Source of the DNA: Chloroflexota bacterium
Lineage (GTDB): Bacteria > Chloroflexota > Limnocylindria > P2-11E
DNA: 50,244 bases
Assembly (NCBI GenBank): GCA_005889295.1
Contig: VBEY01000242.1
Location: forward strand, 1-50,244
Reading direction: 5' to 3'
The notes beneath the pieces were generated by a model, which saw nothing but the letters and a program-made list of their open reading frames with translations, made no database searches and had not been told where the DNA came from. Shown in pieces: positions 9,442 through 16,507 of this stretch. How positions within the stretch are numbered: the first letter of the stretch is position 1; every line of letters begins with the position of its first letter. Both the position numbers and the translations under genes were made by a program.

Positions 9442-10548
9442 TCAGGAAACGGTGGCGAACGCATGGTCCGCGCGATTGAGCGGCCGGGCCGATCCATCGT
9501 TGTCGATCACCGCGATGTCCTCGATGCGCACGCCGAACCGGCCGGGCAGGTAGATGCCCGGCTCGATCGAGAAAGTCATCCCCGGCTCGAGGATCTCGCG
9601 ATTCCCGCGCACCAGATAGGGATGCTCGTGCCCGTCGAGGCCGATGCCGTGACCGGTCCGATGGATGAAGAACCGGCCGTACCCCGCTTCGTCGATGACG
9701 CGGCGTGACGCACCATCGACGGACTCGGCGGATGCGCCCTTTCGCGCGGCCGCGTAGCCGGCGTCCTGGGCTCGCCGCACGACGTCGTGGACTTTCTGCT
9801 CCTCGCTGCCTCCGCTCTTTCCCACATGCACCGTCCGCGTGATGTCGGAGCGATAGCCGCGCATCGCACCGCCGAAATCAAGGACGACCGTGTCGCCTTC
9901 CGCGATGCGGCGGTCGCCCGTGTCGTGGTGCGGGGAGGCCCCGTTCGCGCCCGAGGCGACGATCGTGAACCCGACCTCCTCGTGACCCTCGGAGCGAAGA
10001 AGCTCGGCGAGGTCCACTCCGATCTCGCGCTCGGTGCGACCCGCGAAGGGACGCTCGAGGATCCGCGCGTAGGCACGGTCGGCGGACTCGGACACCAGAC
10101 GGAGCGCTTCGACCTCGGCCGCGTCCTTGCGCATCCGCAAACCGCGCGTGATCTCCGAGGCCACGGCGAACGCGCGGCGTGGGAGTGCCTGCTGGAGCCC
10201 CAAGACGAACGCCGCCCACATCTGATCGGCGACCGCGACGGTGCCGGAGGACCGGACGAGCGACGCAACCATCGCGTACGGGTCATCTGTTTCTTCCCAC
10301 GTCGCGCGCGCGAGCTCGGGGGAGGCGACGGCGGCGCGTGGCGCCTCGAACGCCGGACACACGATGGTCGCCGTTCCGTCACGGTCGAGGACCAGACACG
10401 TCAGACGCTCGCTCGCGAAGATCTGGTAACCAGCGAGGTAGAAGAGGTCCGCGCCGGGCGACAGGAGGAGCGCGCCGAAATCCCGCTCGCGCAGCTTCGC
10501 GGCCGCGCGCGTTCGCCGCTCAGCGAAGCTCGCTCGTTCGCTCGGCAT
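9442..10548 (-). CDS. pepP: Xaa-Pro aminopeptidase / M24B family metallopeptidase
   Basis: Contains the C-terminal pita-bread motifs VVLDFGGAMRGYRSDITRT and HRTGHGIGLDGHEHPYL...EPGMTFSIEPGIYLPGRFGVRIED. The start is trimmed to the ATG at 10548 (MPSERASFAERR...), because the first 51 codons of track ORF 9442-10701 are low-complexity and would overlap the divergent gene. Confidence 0.85.
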   Translation of the reverse strand: MPSERASFAERRTRAAAKLRERDFGALLLSPGADLFYLAGYQIFASERLTCLVLDRDGTATIVCPAFEAPRAAVASPELARATWEETDDPYAMVASLVRSSGTVAVADQMWAAFVLGLQQALPRRAFAVASEITRGLRMRKDAAEVEALRLVSESADRAYARILERPFAGRTEREIGVDLAELLRSEGHEEVGFTIVASGANGASPHHDTGDRRIAEGDTVVLDFGGAMRGYRSDITRTVHVGKSGGSEEQKVHDVVRRAQDAGYAAARKGASAESVDGASRRVIDEAGYGRFFIHRTGHGIGLDGHEHPYLVRGNREILEPGMTFSIEPGIYLPGRFGVRIEDIAVIDNDGSARPLNRADHAFATVS

Positions 10549-10573
10549 CCGTTCTGCATCCGAGAATAGCCGT

Positions 10574-11167
10574 ATGCCGCGCTCGTTCACGGTACTTGCC
10601 GGAGTGGTGCTGCTCGCCACGGGGGTCGCTCTCGTCACGAGTGGCGGCCTGCCGCGCGCAGGCTCGGTCGCTCCGGTGGCCGCACCAGAAGCGACGGCCA
10701 CGCCTCCGAGCGCGCAGGCGCCGACCGCGGTGGCGGCGACGGCGGCGCCGACGATCGGGCCTATCCCCGAGGGCTATCGGATCCAGATACCGCGCCTGGG
10801 GATCGCCCTGCCGATCGCGGAAGGTGACATCGAGCGCGACGTCATCGTCCAGCAGACTCCGGAGAATTTGGCGTTCCATTTCCCCGGCACAGCGATCCCC
10901 GGGACCTTCGGGAACAGCTACATCTACGCGCACGCCCGCCGCGGAATGTTCTTGTCGCTCTGGAACGCCCGCATCGGTGACCAGGTCTCGATCACCACGC
11001 CGGCCGGCATTGAACTCAAATTTGTAGTCACCGAGGTCCACCCCCGCGTTCCGCCGGAGGACACGAGCTGGGTGCAGCCCTCGGGCGACGAGCGGCTCAC
11101 GCTGCAAACCTCGACCGGGCCGAACCGCGAGGATCCGCGTTTCGTGGTGATCGCCGCTCCGGCCTAG
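10574..11167 (+). CDS. Sortase-fold protein with Ser in place of the catalytic Cys
   Basis: 197 aa. An N-terminal TM anchor and an Ala/Pro linker precede the sortase-like blocks IQIPRLGIALPI, HFPGTAIPGTFGNSYIYAHARRG and IGDQVSI. The next block is ERLTLQTSTG, where sortases have TLxTC. The conserved Arg follows in PRFVVIA. Confidence 0.65.
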   Translation: MPRSFTVLAGVVLLATGVALVTSGGLPRAGSVAPVAAPEATATPPSAQAPTAVAATAAPTIGPIPEGYRIQIPRLGIALPIAEGDIERDVIVQQTPENLAFHFPGTAIPGTFGNSYIYAHARRGMFLSLWNARIGDQVSITTPAGIELKFVVTEVHPRVPPEDTSWVQPSGDERLTLQTSTGPNREDPRFVVIAAPA

Positions 11168-11312
11168 CGCTCGCTTCCTAGTCGTAACGATCTCGTATCG
11201 CGAGAAACCTCAGTGACAGAGCGATCAACCTTACGCACACGCTGTTTATTGGTCCGCGGCGTGTTCACGAAATCGACACATTCTGGAATCGGTCCTGCAA
11301 AGCGCGCCCACC

Positions 11313-11900
11313 GTGTTTCGAGAAGCGTTGGCTCGGGCGGGCCTAGCCGCATTCGTCTTTGCCTGCCTCGTGCCGTTCCCGCGGCCCACGGTCTCCGGAC
11401 CGGTGCATCCAATATCGGTCGCTGAGGCTTTCGCGACCGTTTCGGGCGAGCCCGCGGGACTAGCGCCCGAGCGCGTCCGCGATGTCGCGCGCGGTGAGGT
11501 GCTCGGCGTGGAGGCCGCGCCGATCGCGACGGTCGAAGCACCGGTCGCGACGGCGAAGCCCACGCCGGAAGCGACTCCTGCGCCAGCTGCTCCGACGCCT
11601 GCGCCGCTCCTCGACCCGCCCACCGCGGGGATCGTCGTCGCTTCGTGGTACGGGCCCGGGTTCTACGGCAACCGCACGGCCTGCGGTCAGACGTACACGC
11701 CCGAGATCGTCGGCGTCGCTCACCGGACGCTGCCGTGCGGCACGCTCGTGGTGCTCGAGTACCGCGGACGCACCCTGACCGTGCCGGTGATCGACCGCGG
11801 TCCGTATATCGCGGGGCGCGCCCTCGATCTTTCGAGCGCGACCCACATCGCGATCGGCTGTCCCGACCTCTGCACGCTTTCGATGCGGGTCGGGCAATGA
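11313..11900 (+). CDS. RlpA-like double-psi beta-barrel (DPBB) lytic transglycosylase family protein
   Basis: GTG start, a signal-like N-terminus and an Ala/Pro-rich linker. The C-terminal part reads ASWYGPGFYGNRTACGQTYTPEIVGVAHRTLPCGTLVVLEYRGRTLTVPVIDRGPYIAGRALDLS, which is typical of RlpA. Confidence 0.8.
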   Translation: MFREALARAGLAAFVFACLVPFPRPTVSGPVHPISVAEAFATVSGEPAGLAPERVRDVARGEVLGVEAAPIATVEAPVATAKPTPEATPAPAAPTPAPLLDPPTAGIVVASWYGPGFYGNRTACGQTYTPEIVGVAHRTLPCGTLVVLEYRGRTLTVPVIDRGPYIAGRALDLSSATHIAIGCPDLCTLSMRVGQ

Positions 11901-12037
11901 GTGTCCCCCGACCGTCCGCCTAACCGCCCGGGTACCCACCGGGCGGGCGAGCGCTGGCACACGTCTTGCTGCCAGTACTTGCCATCTAGCCCGGGCAGCA
12001 CACGGCCAACTTGGATGGGCGAGAAAGGTTGTTTGCG

Positions 12038-12388
12038 ATGACGCGGAACAAGGGAGCGATGACCGTCGCCGAAGCAGGTCGCCGCGGGGGTGCCACAACG
12101 GCGCAGCGCCACGGCCCGGAGTTCTACGAGCAGATCGGCAAGAAGGGCGGCAAGACCACCGCGCAGCGCCACGGCTCGGACTTCTACGAGCAGATCGGAA
12201 AGCAGGGCGGGCAAAAAGTGAAGGAGCTCTACGGGCCGCGCTTCTACGGGCGAATTGGAAAGATCGGCGGGGACACCGTTTCCGAGAAGTACGGACACGA
12301 GCACTTCGAAGAGATCGGCAAGAAGGGCGGACAGAAAGTCGCCGAGCTCATCGCGAGAGGCAGGCAGGCGAATAACGACCTTCGTTGA
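12038..12388 (+). CDS. KGG-repeat general stress protein (YciG/GsiB-like)
   Basis: Four copies of the unit [HY]G.[ED]FYE.IGKKGG are present, for example TAQRHGPEFYEQIGKKGGKT and TAQRHGSDFYEQIGKQGGQK. The ATG at 12038 is preceded by GAGAAAGG. Track ORF 12011-12388 begins 9 codons earlier. Confidence 0.8.
   Translation: MTRNKGAMTVAEAGRRGGATTAQRHGPEFYEQIGKKGGKTTAQRHGSDFYEQIGKQGGQKVKELYGPRFYGRIGKIGGDTVSEKYGHEHFEEIGKKGGQKVAELIARGRQANNDLR
12101..12220 (+). repeat. Two near-identical 60-nt tandem units inside the KGG gene, with two more degenerate units to about 12340
   Basis: Both 12101-12160 and 12161-12220 begin gcgcagcgccacggc and continue ..ttctacgagcagatcgg.aag.agggcgg. This was read directly from the sequence. 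Confidence 0.9.
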
Positions 12389-12519
12389 CGGCACGCTGAG
12401 CGACCGAGGAACCGAGGCGCGTATTACTTTGGGCGCGCATGATCCGATTCCGATCGCGATCCATCCTCGTTTCCCATTGACACGAATGGGGCGCTCTATA
12501 TCGTCGCGATCTGTACGCG

Positions 12520-12545
12520 GAGGCCCCGTTCCGGGGCCTCTTTGT
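12520..12545 (+). terminator. Hairpin plus T-run; a likely intrinsic terminator or small structured element
   Basis: GAGGCCCCG (12520-12528), a 3-nt loop, then CGGGGCCTC (12532-12540), followed by TTTGT. This is a 9-bp perfect GC-rich stem. It lies about 130 nt after the KGG gene stop. Confidence 0.45.
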
Positions 12546-12587
12546 ACCGAGAAGCGAACGACCCGAAGAGTCGTAGAGGGAAGGGCA

Positions 12588-12884
12588 GTGAATCAGGTCG
12601 CGGCGCCGCTTGTGGCCGTCGAGTGGGAGGACATCACCGCCTACTCGCGGACTGCGCTCCCCGAGGATTTCGAACCATACCGTCTGCGGAAGCTGACCTG
12701 CGGACTTCTGTGGAAGGACACCCCCGAGTACGTTGTCGTCGTCGGCGACTATGACATCACTAACGAGGGCCGCGACTATCGGCACAACGACTTCCACATC
12801 ATTCCCCGTGGCGTCATCCGCCAGGTGACCTACCTGCGCGAGACCTCGAGCCCTCTCGTTTCGCTGCAGGGCGAAGCCAGCTAA
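12588..12884 (+). CDS. Hypothetical 98-aa protein
   Basis: The GTG at 12588 is preceded by GAGGGAAGGG, a good Shine-Dalgarno sequence. The product begins VNQVAAPLVAVEWEDITAYSRTALPEDFEPYRL... and matches no family I recognise. The upstream part of track ORF 12255-12884 overlaps the KGG gene out of frame. Confidence 0.5.
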   Translation: MNQVAAPLVAVEWEDITAYSRTALPEDFEPYRLRKLTCGLLWKDTPEYVVVVGDYDITNEGRDYRHNDFHIIPRGVIRQVTYLRETSSPLVSLQGEAS

Positions 12885-13027
12885 AGACCCCCTAAGAAAC
12901 CGCCGCAAAACAAAACCTCTCTGCCCGCCGGAGCGTATCTAGGGATACGGAAACCGAATCGGCCGATCGAACGTATTGGAACAAAGGATCGGTCTTTGCC
13001 GTTTCCCTGGTGGAGGTTTCGCGCTAG

Positions 13028-13285
13028 ATGGCCCTTCGAGCTGAGCTTTACTGCTATTTCTGCGGGCACGGCCTGGGCGAGGTGCTCGTACCCACGAGCG
13101 CGCGCCGGCCGACCGTCGAGCAACTGCGCACCGCATATGACAATGTCCGCGGCCGCGAGGCGCCCGTCTGGAACGAGGGCGACCAGCCGCTTTGCCCCCG
13201 GTGCGGCGGGCAGCTTTTCCTCGAGCGTTTCGAGCACGAGGTAATCCGCGCCAACGAGCGTCGCACGCTTAAGCGCGCGAGCTGA
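13028..13285 (+). CDS. Small zinc-ribbon protein (CxxC...CxxC), unknown function
   Basis: 85 aa with CYFCGHG near the N-terminus and CPRCGG 46 residues later. GGAGG lies 11 nt upstream of the ATG. The competing minus-strand ORF 12881-13237 has no motifs. Confidence 0.5.
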   Translation: MALRAELYCYFCGHGLGEVLVPTSARRPTVEQLRTAYDNVRGREAPVWNEGDQPLCPRCGGQLFLERFEHEVIRANERRTLKRAS

Positions 13286-13317
13286 GTTAGCGCAAGCCGC
13301 GGCCGCTCACCTTCTCG

Positions 13318-13839
13318 GTGCAGCGCGCGGTTTCCACGCTGGTCGGAGTTCTCGCTGGCTATGTGTTGGCGCGGCGTGTGCTCGCCCGGGGCGTTCGGTC
13401 AACCGCCGCGCTGACCGATCGTCAGCGCGAGGTGCTGCGCGCGGTCGCGGGCGGCCTTTCGACGAAGGAGATCGCTAACCTCCTCGGGATCACCGAGGCC
13501 AGCGTGAACACGCACATCCGCCGAGCGCGAACGATCCTCGGTGTGCCGACGCGAGCGGCCGCCGCCGCCCGCGTCACCGGTCACGTGGTCGTGGTGCCCT
13601 CGAGGCCCAGACGGTCGGCGGCTTCGTCCATCGCGCGCACGACCTCGACCACGAGATCGTCGAAGGGCATGCCCATGTCCTCGGCGCCCTTCAACATCAT
13701 GTCGCGGCTCACGGCGCGCGCGAAGGCCTTGTCCTTCATCTTCTTCCGGACGGACGTCGGCTCGACGTCGCGCACCGCCTTCGACGGTTTCACCAGCGCG
13801 ACCGCGGTCACGAACCCACAGAGCTCGTCGACCGCGTAA
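13318..13839 (+). CDS. Membrane-anchored LuxR/GerE-type HTH regulator with a long low-complexity tail
   Basis: An N-terminal hydrophobic helix (VSTLVGVLAGYVLARRVLA) precedes a GerE HTH: LTDRQREVLRAVAGGLSTKEIANLLGITEASVNTHIRRARTILGV. The frame has no stop until 13839. The last roughly 86 codons (S/T/R/A-rich) therefore lie antisense to the HD gene. Confidence 0.65.
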   Translation: MQRAVSTLVGVLAGYVLARRVLARGVRSTAALTDRQREVLRAVAGGLSTKEIANLLGITEASVNTHIRRARTILGVPTRAAAAARVTGHVVVVPSRPRRSAASSIARTTSTTRSSKGMPMSSAPFNIMSRLTARAKALSFIFFRTDVGSTSRTAFDGFTSATAVTNPQSSSTA

Positions 13840-14150
13840 AGGGTCTTCTCCATCGCCGTCACCCGAGGGATGCCGGTGTGATCGCCGTGGCTCTGAATCG
13901 CGTGCACGATGGGGCCCGGCACGCCGGCCTGCTCGAGGATCGGTTTGCCGTTCTGCGGATGCCCCGCCGGATCGCGTTCGTAATCGAAGTCGTGGAGCAG
14001 TCCGGCGATCGCCCAGGTCTCCTCGTTCTCGCCGTTCCGCCGCGCGAAGTGGCGCATCGCGGCCTCGACCGCAAGACCGTGCTTGCGAAGGCTCTCCGAC
14101 TTGGTGTGCTCGCATAGCAGGTCCCAGGCCTCATCACGCGTCACCGGCAC
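13581..14150 (-). CDS. HD/HDIG-domain metal-dependent phosphohydrolase
   Basis: 189 aa with LRKHGLAVEAAMRHFA, AGLLHDFDYE and AIQSHGDHTG, which supply the HD-domain His/Asp ligands. The frame is clean. Confidence 0.8.
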   Translation of the reverse strand: MPVTRDEAWDLLCEHTKSESLRKHGLAVEAAMRHFARRNGENEETWAIAGLLHDFDYERDPAGHPQNGKPILEQAGVPGPIVHAIQSHGDHTGIPRVTAMEKTLYAVDELCGFVTAVALVKPSKAVRDVEPTSVRKKMKDKAFARAVSRDMMLKGAEDMGMPFDDLVVEVVRAMDEAADRLGLEGTTTT

Positions 14151-14190
14151 ACCTCCCGCGCGATCCTAGCGAACGCGTTACCGTCGGCGG

Positions 14191-14382
14191 GTGACCGGCT
14201 GCGGCTGCCTGGTGCTCATCGCCGGCATCGTCACGCTTCTGGTGATCTTCATCCGCGGGTCCTTCGACGCCGGGGAGCCGATCGACACGGCCGCCGCGCT
14301 CGTCGTCGCCGCCGCGCTAGTCATCGAGTGGCGGCAGCGGGAACGGTCCGCGAACCATCTCGTACGCGCGCGCCGCGCGTAG
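14191..14382 (+). CDS. Possible 63-aa two-helix membrane peptide
   Basis: GTG start with very high GC3 over the first 45 codons. There are two hydrophobic stretches (CLVLIAGIVTLLVIFI and AAALVVAAALVI). There is no clear Shine-Dalgarno sequence, and the 3' end overlaps the amidase 3' end by 66 nt. Confidence 0.3.
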   Translation: MTGCGCLVLIAGIVTLLVIFIRGSFDAGEPIDTAAALVVAAALVIEWRQRERSANHLVRARRA

Positions 14383-15726
14383 GACCGTCGCCTCGTCCCA
14401 CATTCGTCCGGCGAATTGCAGGCCGACCGGGAGGCCGTCGGGATCCGTTCCGCAGGGCACGGAGATCGCCGGCTGGCCGGTGAGATCGAAGATGCGCGTG
14501 ACGCGCGTCCATTCGCTCGGCCGTCCGATCTCCTTCGCCTCTTCGATCGTCCAGGCGCGCGTCGGCACGGTCGGCATCGCCAGCACGTCGACCCCATCCA
14601 GGTCGCGGTCGGCTGCCCCCGCACGCGCCTCGAGCAGGAGCCGCATCGAGCGCGCGTATGTGTCCGCATCGACGTCGCCTTGCGACGCGAGGCGCGCTCG
14701 AACGAGCGGGCCGTACTCCGCCGCCCGGCCCGGGAATGCTCCCTCGTGGTACGCGCGCGCCTCGATGCCCAGGATCGCGCTCGCCGCGTTCGCGTACTCC
14801 GCGGCCCGTGGCCACCGGATCTCGCGAACGTCGGCGCCGGCGCGTGCGAGGGTTTCGATCGCCGCACGAACCGCCCGCGCGATCGCCGCATCGCACTCCT
14901 CCCAGACGTGATCGGTCGGCACGCCGACACGCAGCCCGCGCGCGCTCCGTTCGATCCCGGCGAGGAGGTCCGGGACGGCGCGGTCAGCGGAGATCGGATC
15001 GCGCGGGTCGTAGCCCGAGATCGCCTGGGTCGCGATGGCGACATCGCGCACCGTGCGCGCCAGCGGCCCGGGGTGATCGAGGGACCACGCCAGGGGAACG
15101 GCTCCGAAGAGGCTCGCGCGCCCGTACGTCGGCTTCAGGCCGACGCAGCCGCAGAGGGCGGCCGGGATGCGAATGCTTCCGCCCGTGTCGCTGCCGAGCG
15201 CCGCATACGCCTCGCCGGCGACGACGGCCACAGCCGAGCCGCCGGACGAGCCGCCCGGGATCTTCGTCGTGTCCCACGGGTTGTGCACGTCGCCGAAATG
15301 CGGGTTGACCGAGCTGATGCCGTACGCGAACTCATGCAGCCCGAGCTTGCCGAGGAGCACCGCGCCGGCTGCACGCAGCTTGCGCACGACCGTCGCGTCC
15401 TCCTCCGGAATCCACGTCGCGAGGATCCGCGATCCCGCCGTCGTGCGGATCCCTTTGGTCGCGAAGAGGTCCTTGACCGCGACCGGGATGCCGTGCAGCG
15501 GACCCCGGTACCGTCCTGCGGCGATCTCGCCTTCCGCTGCGCGCGCCTCGGCGCGTGCGAGGTCGGCTGTCACCGTCACGAACGCGTTGAGGCGGGGCTC
15601 GACCGCTTGGATCCGCGCGAGACAGGCCTCGGTCAGCTCCACCGGCGAGACGCGCCGCTCGCGGAGGAGCGTCGCCGCCTCCTCGAGCGAGACGTTGATG
15701 GTCTGGCCGGCGACAGGCACGGACAA
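14317..15726 (-). CDS. Amidase-signature family enzyme (GatA-like amidase)
   Basis: 469 aa with LHGIPVAVKDLF and KIPGGSSGGSAVAVVAGEAYAALGSDTGGSIRIPAALCGCVGLKPTYGR, which include the Ser-cisSer-Lys triad motifs. No gatC or gatB is adjacent, so it is not called gatA. Confidence 0.85.
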   Translation of the reverse strand: MSVPVAGQTINVSLEEAATLLRERRVSPVELTEACLARIQAVEPRLNAFVTVTADLARAEARAAEGEIAAGRYRGPLHGIPVAVKDLFATKGIRTTAGSRILATWIPEEDATVVRKLRAAGAVLLGKLGLHEFAYGISSVNPHFGDVHNPWDTTKIPGGSSGGSAVAVVAGEAYAALGSDTGGSIRIPAALCGCVGLKPTYGRASLFGAVPLAWSLDHPGPLARTVRDVAIATQAISGYDPRDPISADRAVPDLLAGIERSARGLRVGVPTDHVWEECDAAIARAVRAAIETLARAGADVREIRWPRAAEYANAASAILGIEARAYHEGAFPGRAAEYGPLVRARLASQGDVDADTYARSMRLLLEARAGAADRDLDGVDVLAMPTVPTRAWTIEEAKEIGRPSEWTRVTRIFDLTGQPAISVPCGTDPDGLPVGLQFAGRMWDEATVLRAARAYEMVRGPFPLPPLDD

Positions 15727-15733
15727 CCGAGGA

Positions 15734-15886
15734 CTAGCGGCTTTTCTCCGTTTGCCGTGCGGCGCGCGAGCGTAGGGCGAAGACCGCGCCGAGGATCACC
15801 GCGACCGCCGTCCCGGCGATGAGCGCCTCGAGCGTGCCGGTGCCCGCATCGGGCGAGATACCGAAGAGCTCCTCGATCCAGTCCAC
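15734..15886 (-). CDS. 50-aa membrane peptide, below the ORF-track size cutoff
   Basis: Own translation gives VDWIEELFGISPDAGTGTLEALIAGTAVAVILGAVFALRSRAARQTEKSR. The GTG is preceded by GGGGAGGAACGAACAC, a strong Shine-Dalgarno sequence at proper spacing. It fills the gap between two minus-strand genes. I recall the SPD.G.G.LE-plus-TM pattern from small hypothetical proteins, but this is memory, not a search. Confidence 0.5.
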   Translation of the reverse strand: MDWIEELFGISPDAGTGTLEALIAGTAVAVILGAVFALRSRAARQTEKSR

Positions 15887-15955
15887 GTGTTCGTTCCTCC
15901 CCGAGAGCTTTGGGTTCGCATCATCGCATTTCGTGCCCGATCGGGCGCCGACGGG

Positions 15956-16498
15956 TCAGGCCGGAACGGCCTCCACCACGATGTTGCCGGCGTTCACCGT
16001 GAGGGACGTGACGCGCATCCCCGAAGGGATGTTCGACGCAAGCACGCGCGCAAATGTGTCGGCAACGTCCTGCTTTGTGGAATCGGGAAGGCCCAGACCG
16101 GCGAACGTCGCCGACTCGACCTTCGCGGCCGCCGCGCCGTTCGTGACGAGCGGAGAAGCGACGACCACGATCTGCCCGCCGACGATGAAGGCGCGACCGG
16201 TCGCGGTCAGCGTGAGCCTTCCCGGTTCGAGCCTGATCCTCGGATCGGTCACTGTGATCCCGCTCACGCTCATTGGCATGTAGCTCTGGGCGGCCTTGGT
16301 CAGCTCCTGCTCGCTGAGCGTCACTGTGACGGCGCGAGGACCGCTCGGCGGGGCCGTCGGCGCGCGGGACGCGACGGGCCGATCGCTCTCGCGGACGGCC
16401 GGCGAGTTCGGGGAGGCGGAGGGCGCGAATTGTCCGAGAGCGGCCATGCCGACGATGAGCACGGCGAGTGTCGCGACGAGGGCGGCGAGAGCACGCAT
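15956..16498 (-). CDS. Membrane-anchored or secreted hypothetical protein
   Basis: 180 aa with an N-terminal TM/signal (ALAALVATLAVLIVGMAAL), a Pro/Ser linker and a beta-rich domain. It starts 9 nt after the M23 peptidase gene. A possible DUF2993/LmeA-like assignment is unverified. Confidence 0.6.
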   Translation of the reverse strand: MRALAALVATLAVLIVGMAALGQFAPSASPNSPAVRESDRPVASRAPTAPPSGPRAVTVTLSEQELTKAAQSYMPMSVSGITVTDPRIRLEPGRLTLTATGRAFIVGGQIVVVASPLVTNGAAAAKVESATFAGLGLPDSTKQDVADTFARVLASNIPSGMRVTSLTVNAGNIVVEAVPA

Positions 16499-16507
16499 CG
16501 CTAGACG

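Noticed and set aside
12881-13237. A 118-aa minus-strand ORF overlapping the zinc-ribbon gene
   Set aside because: It has no motifs and no Shine-Dalgarno sequence. The plus-strand alternative has paired CxxC motifs and a GGAGG upstream.
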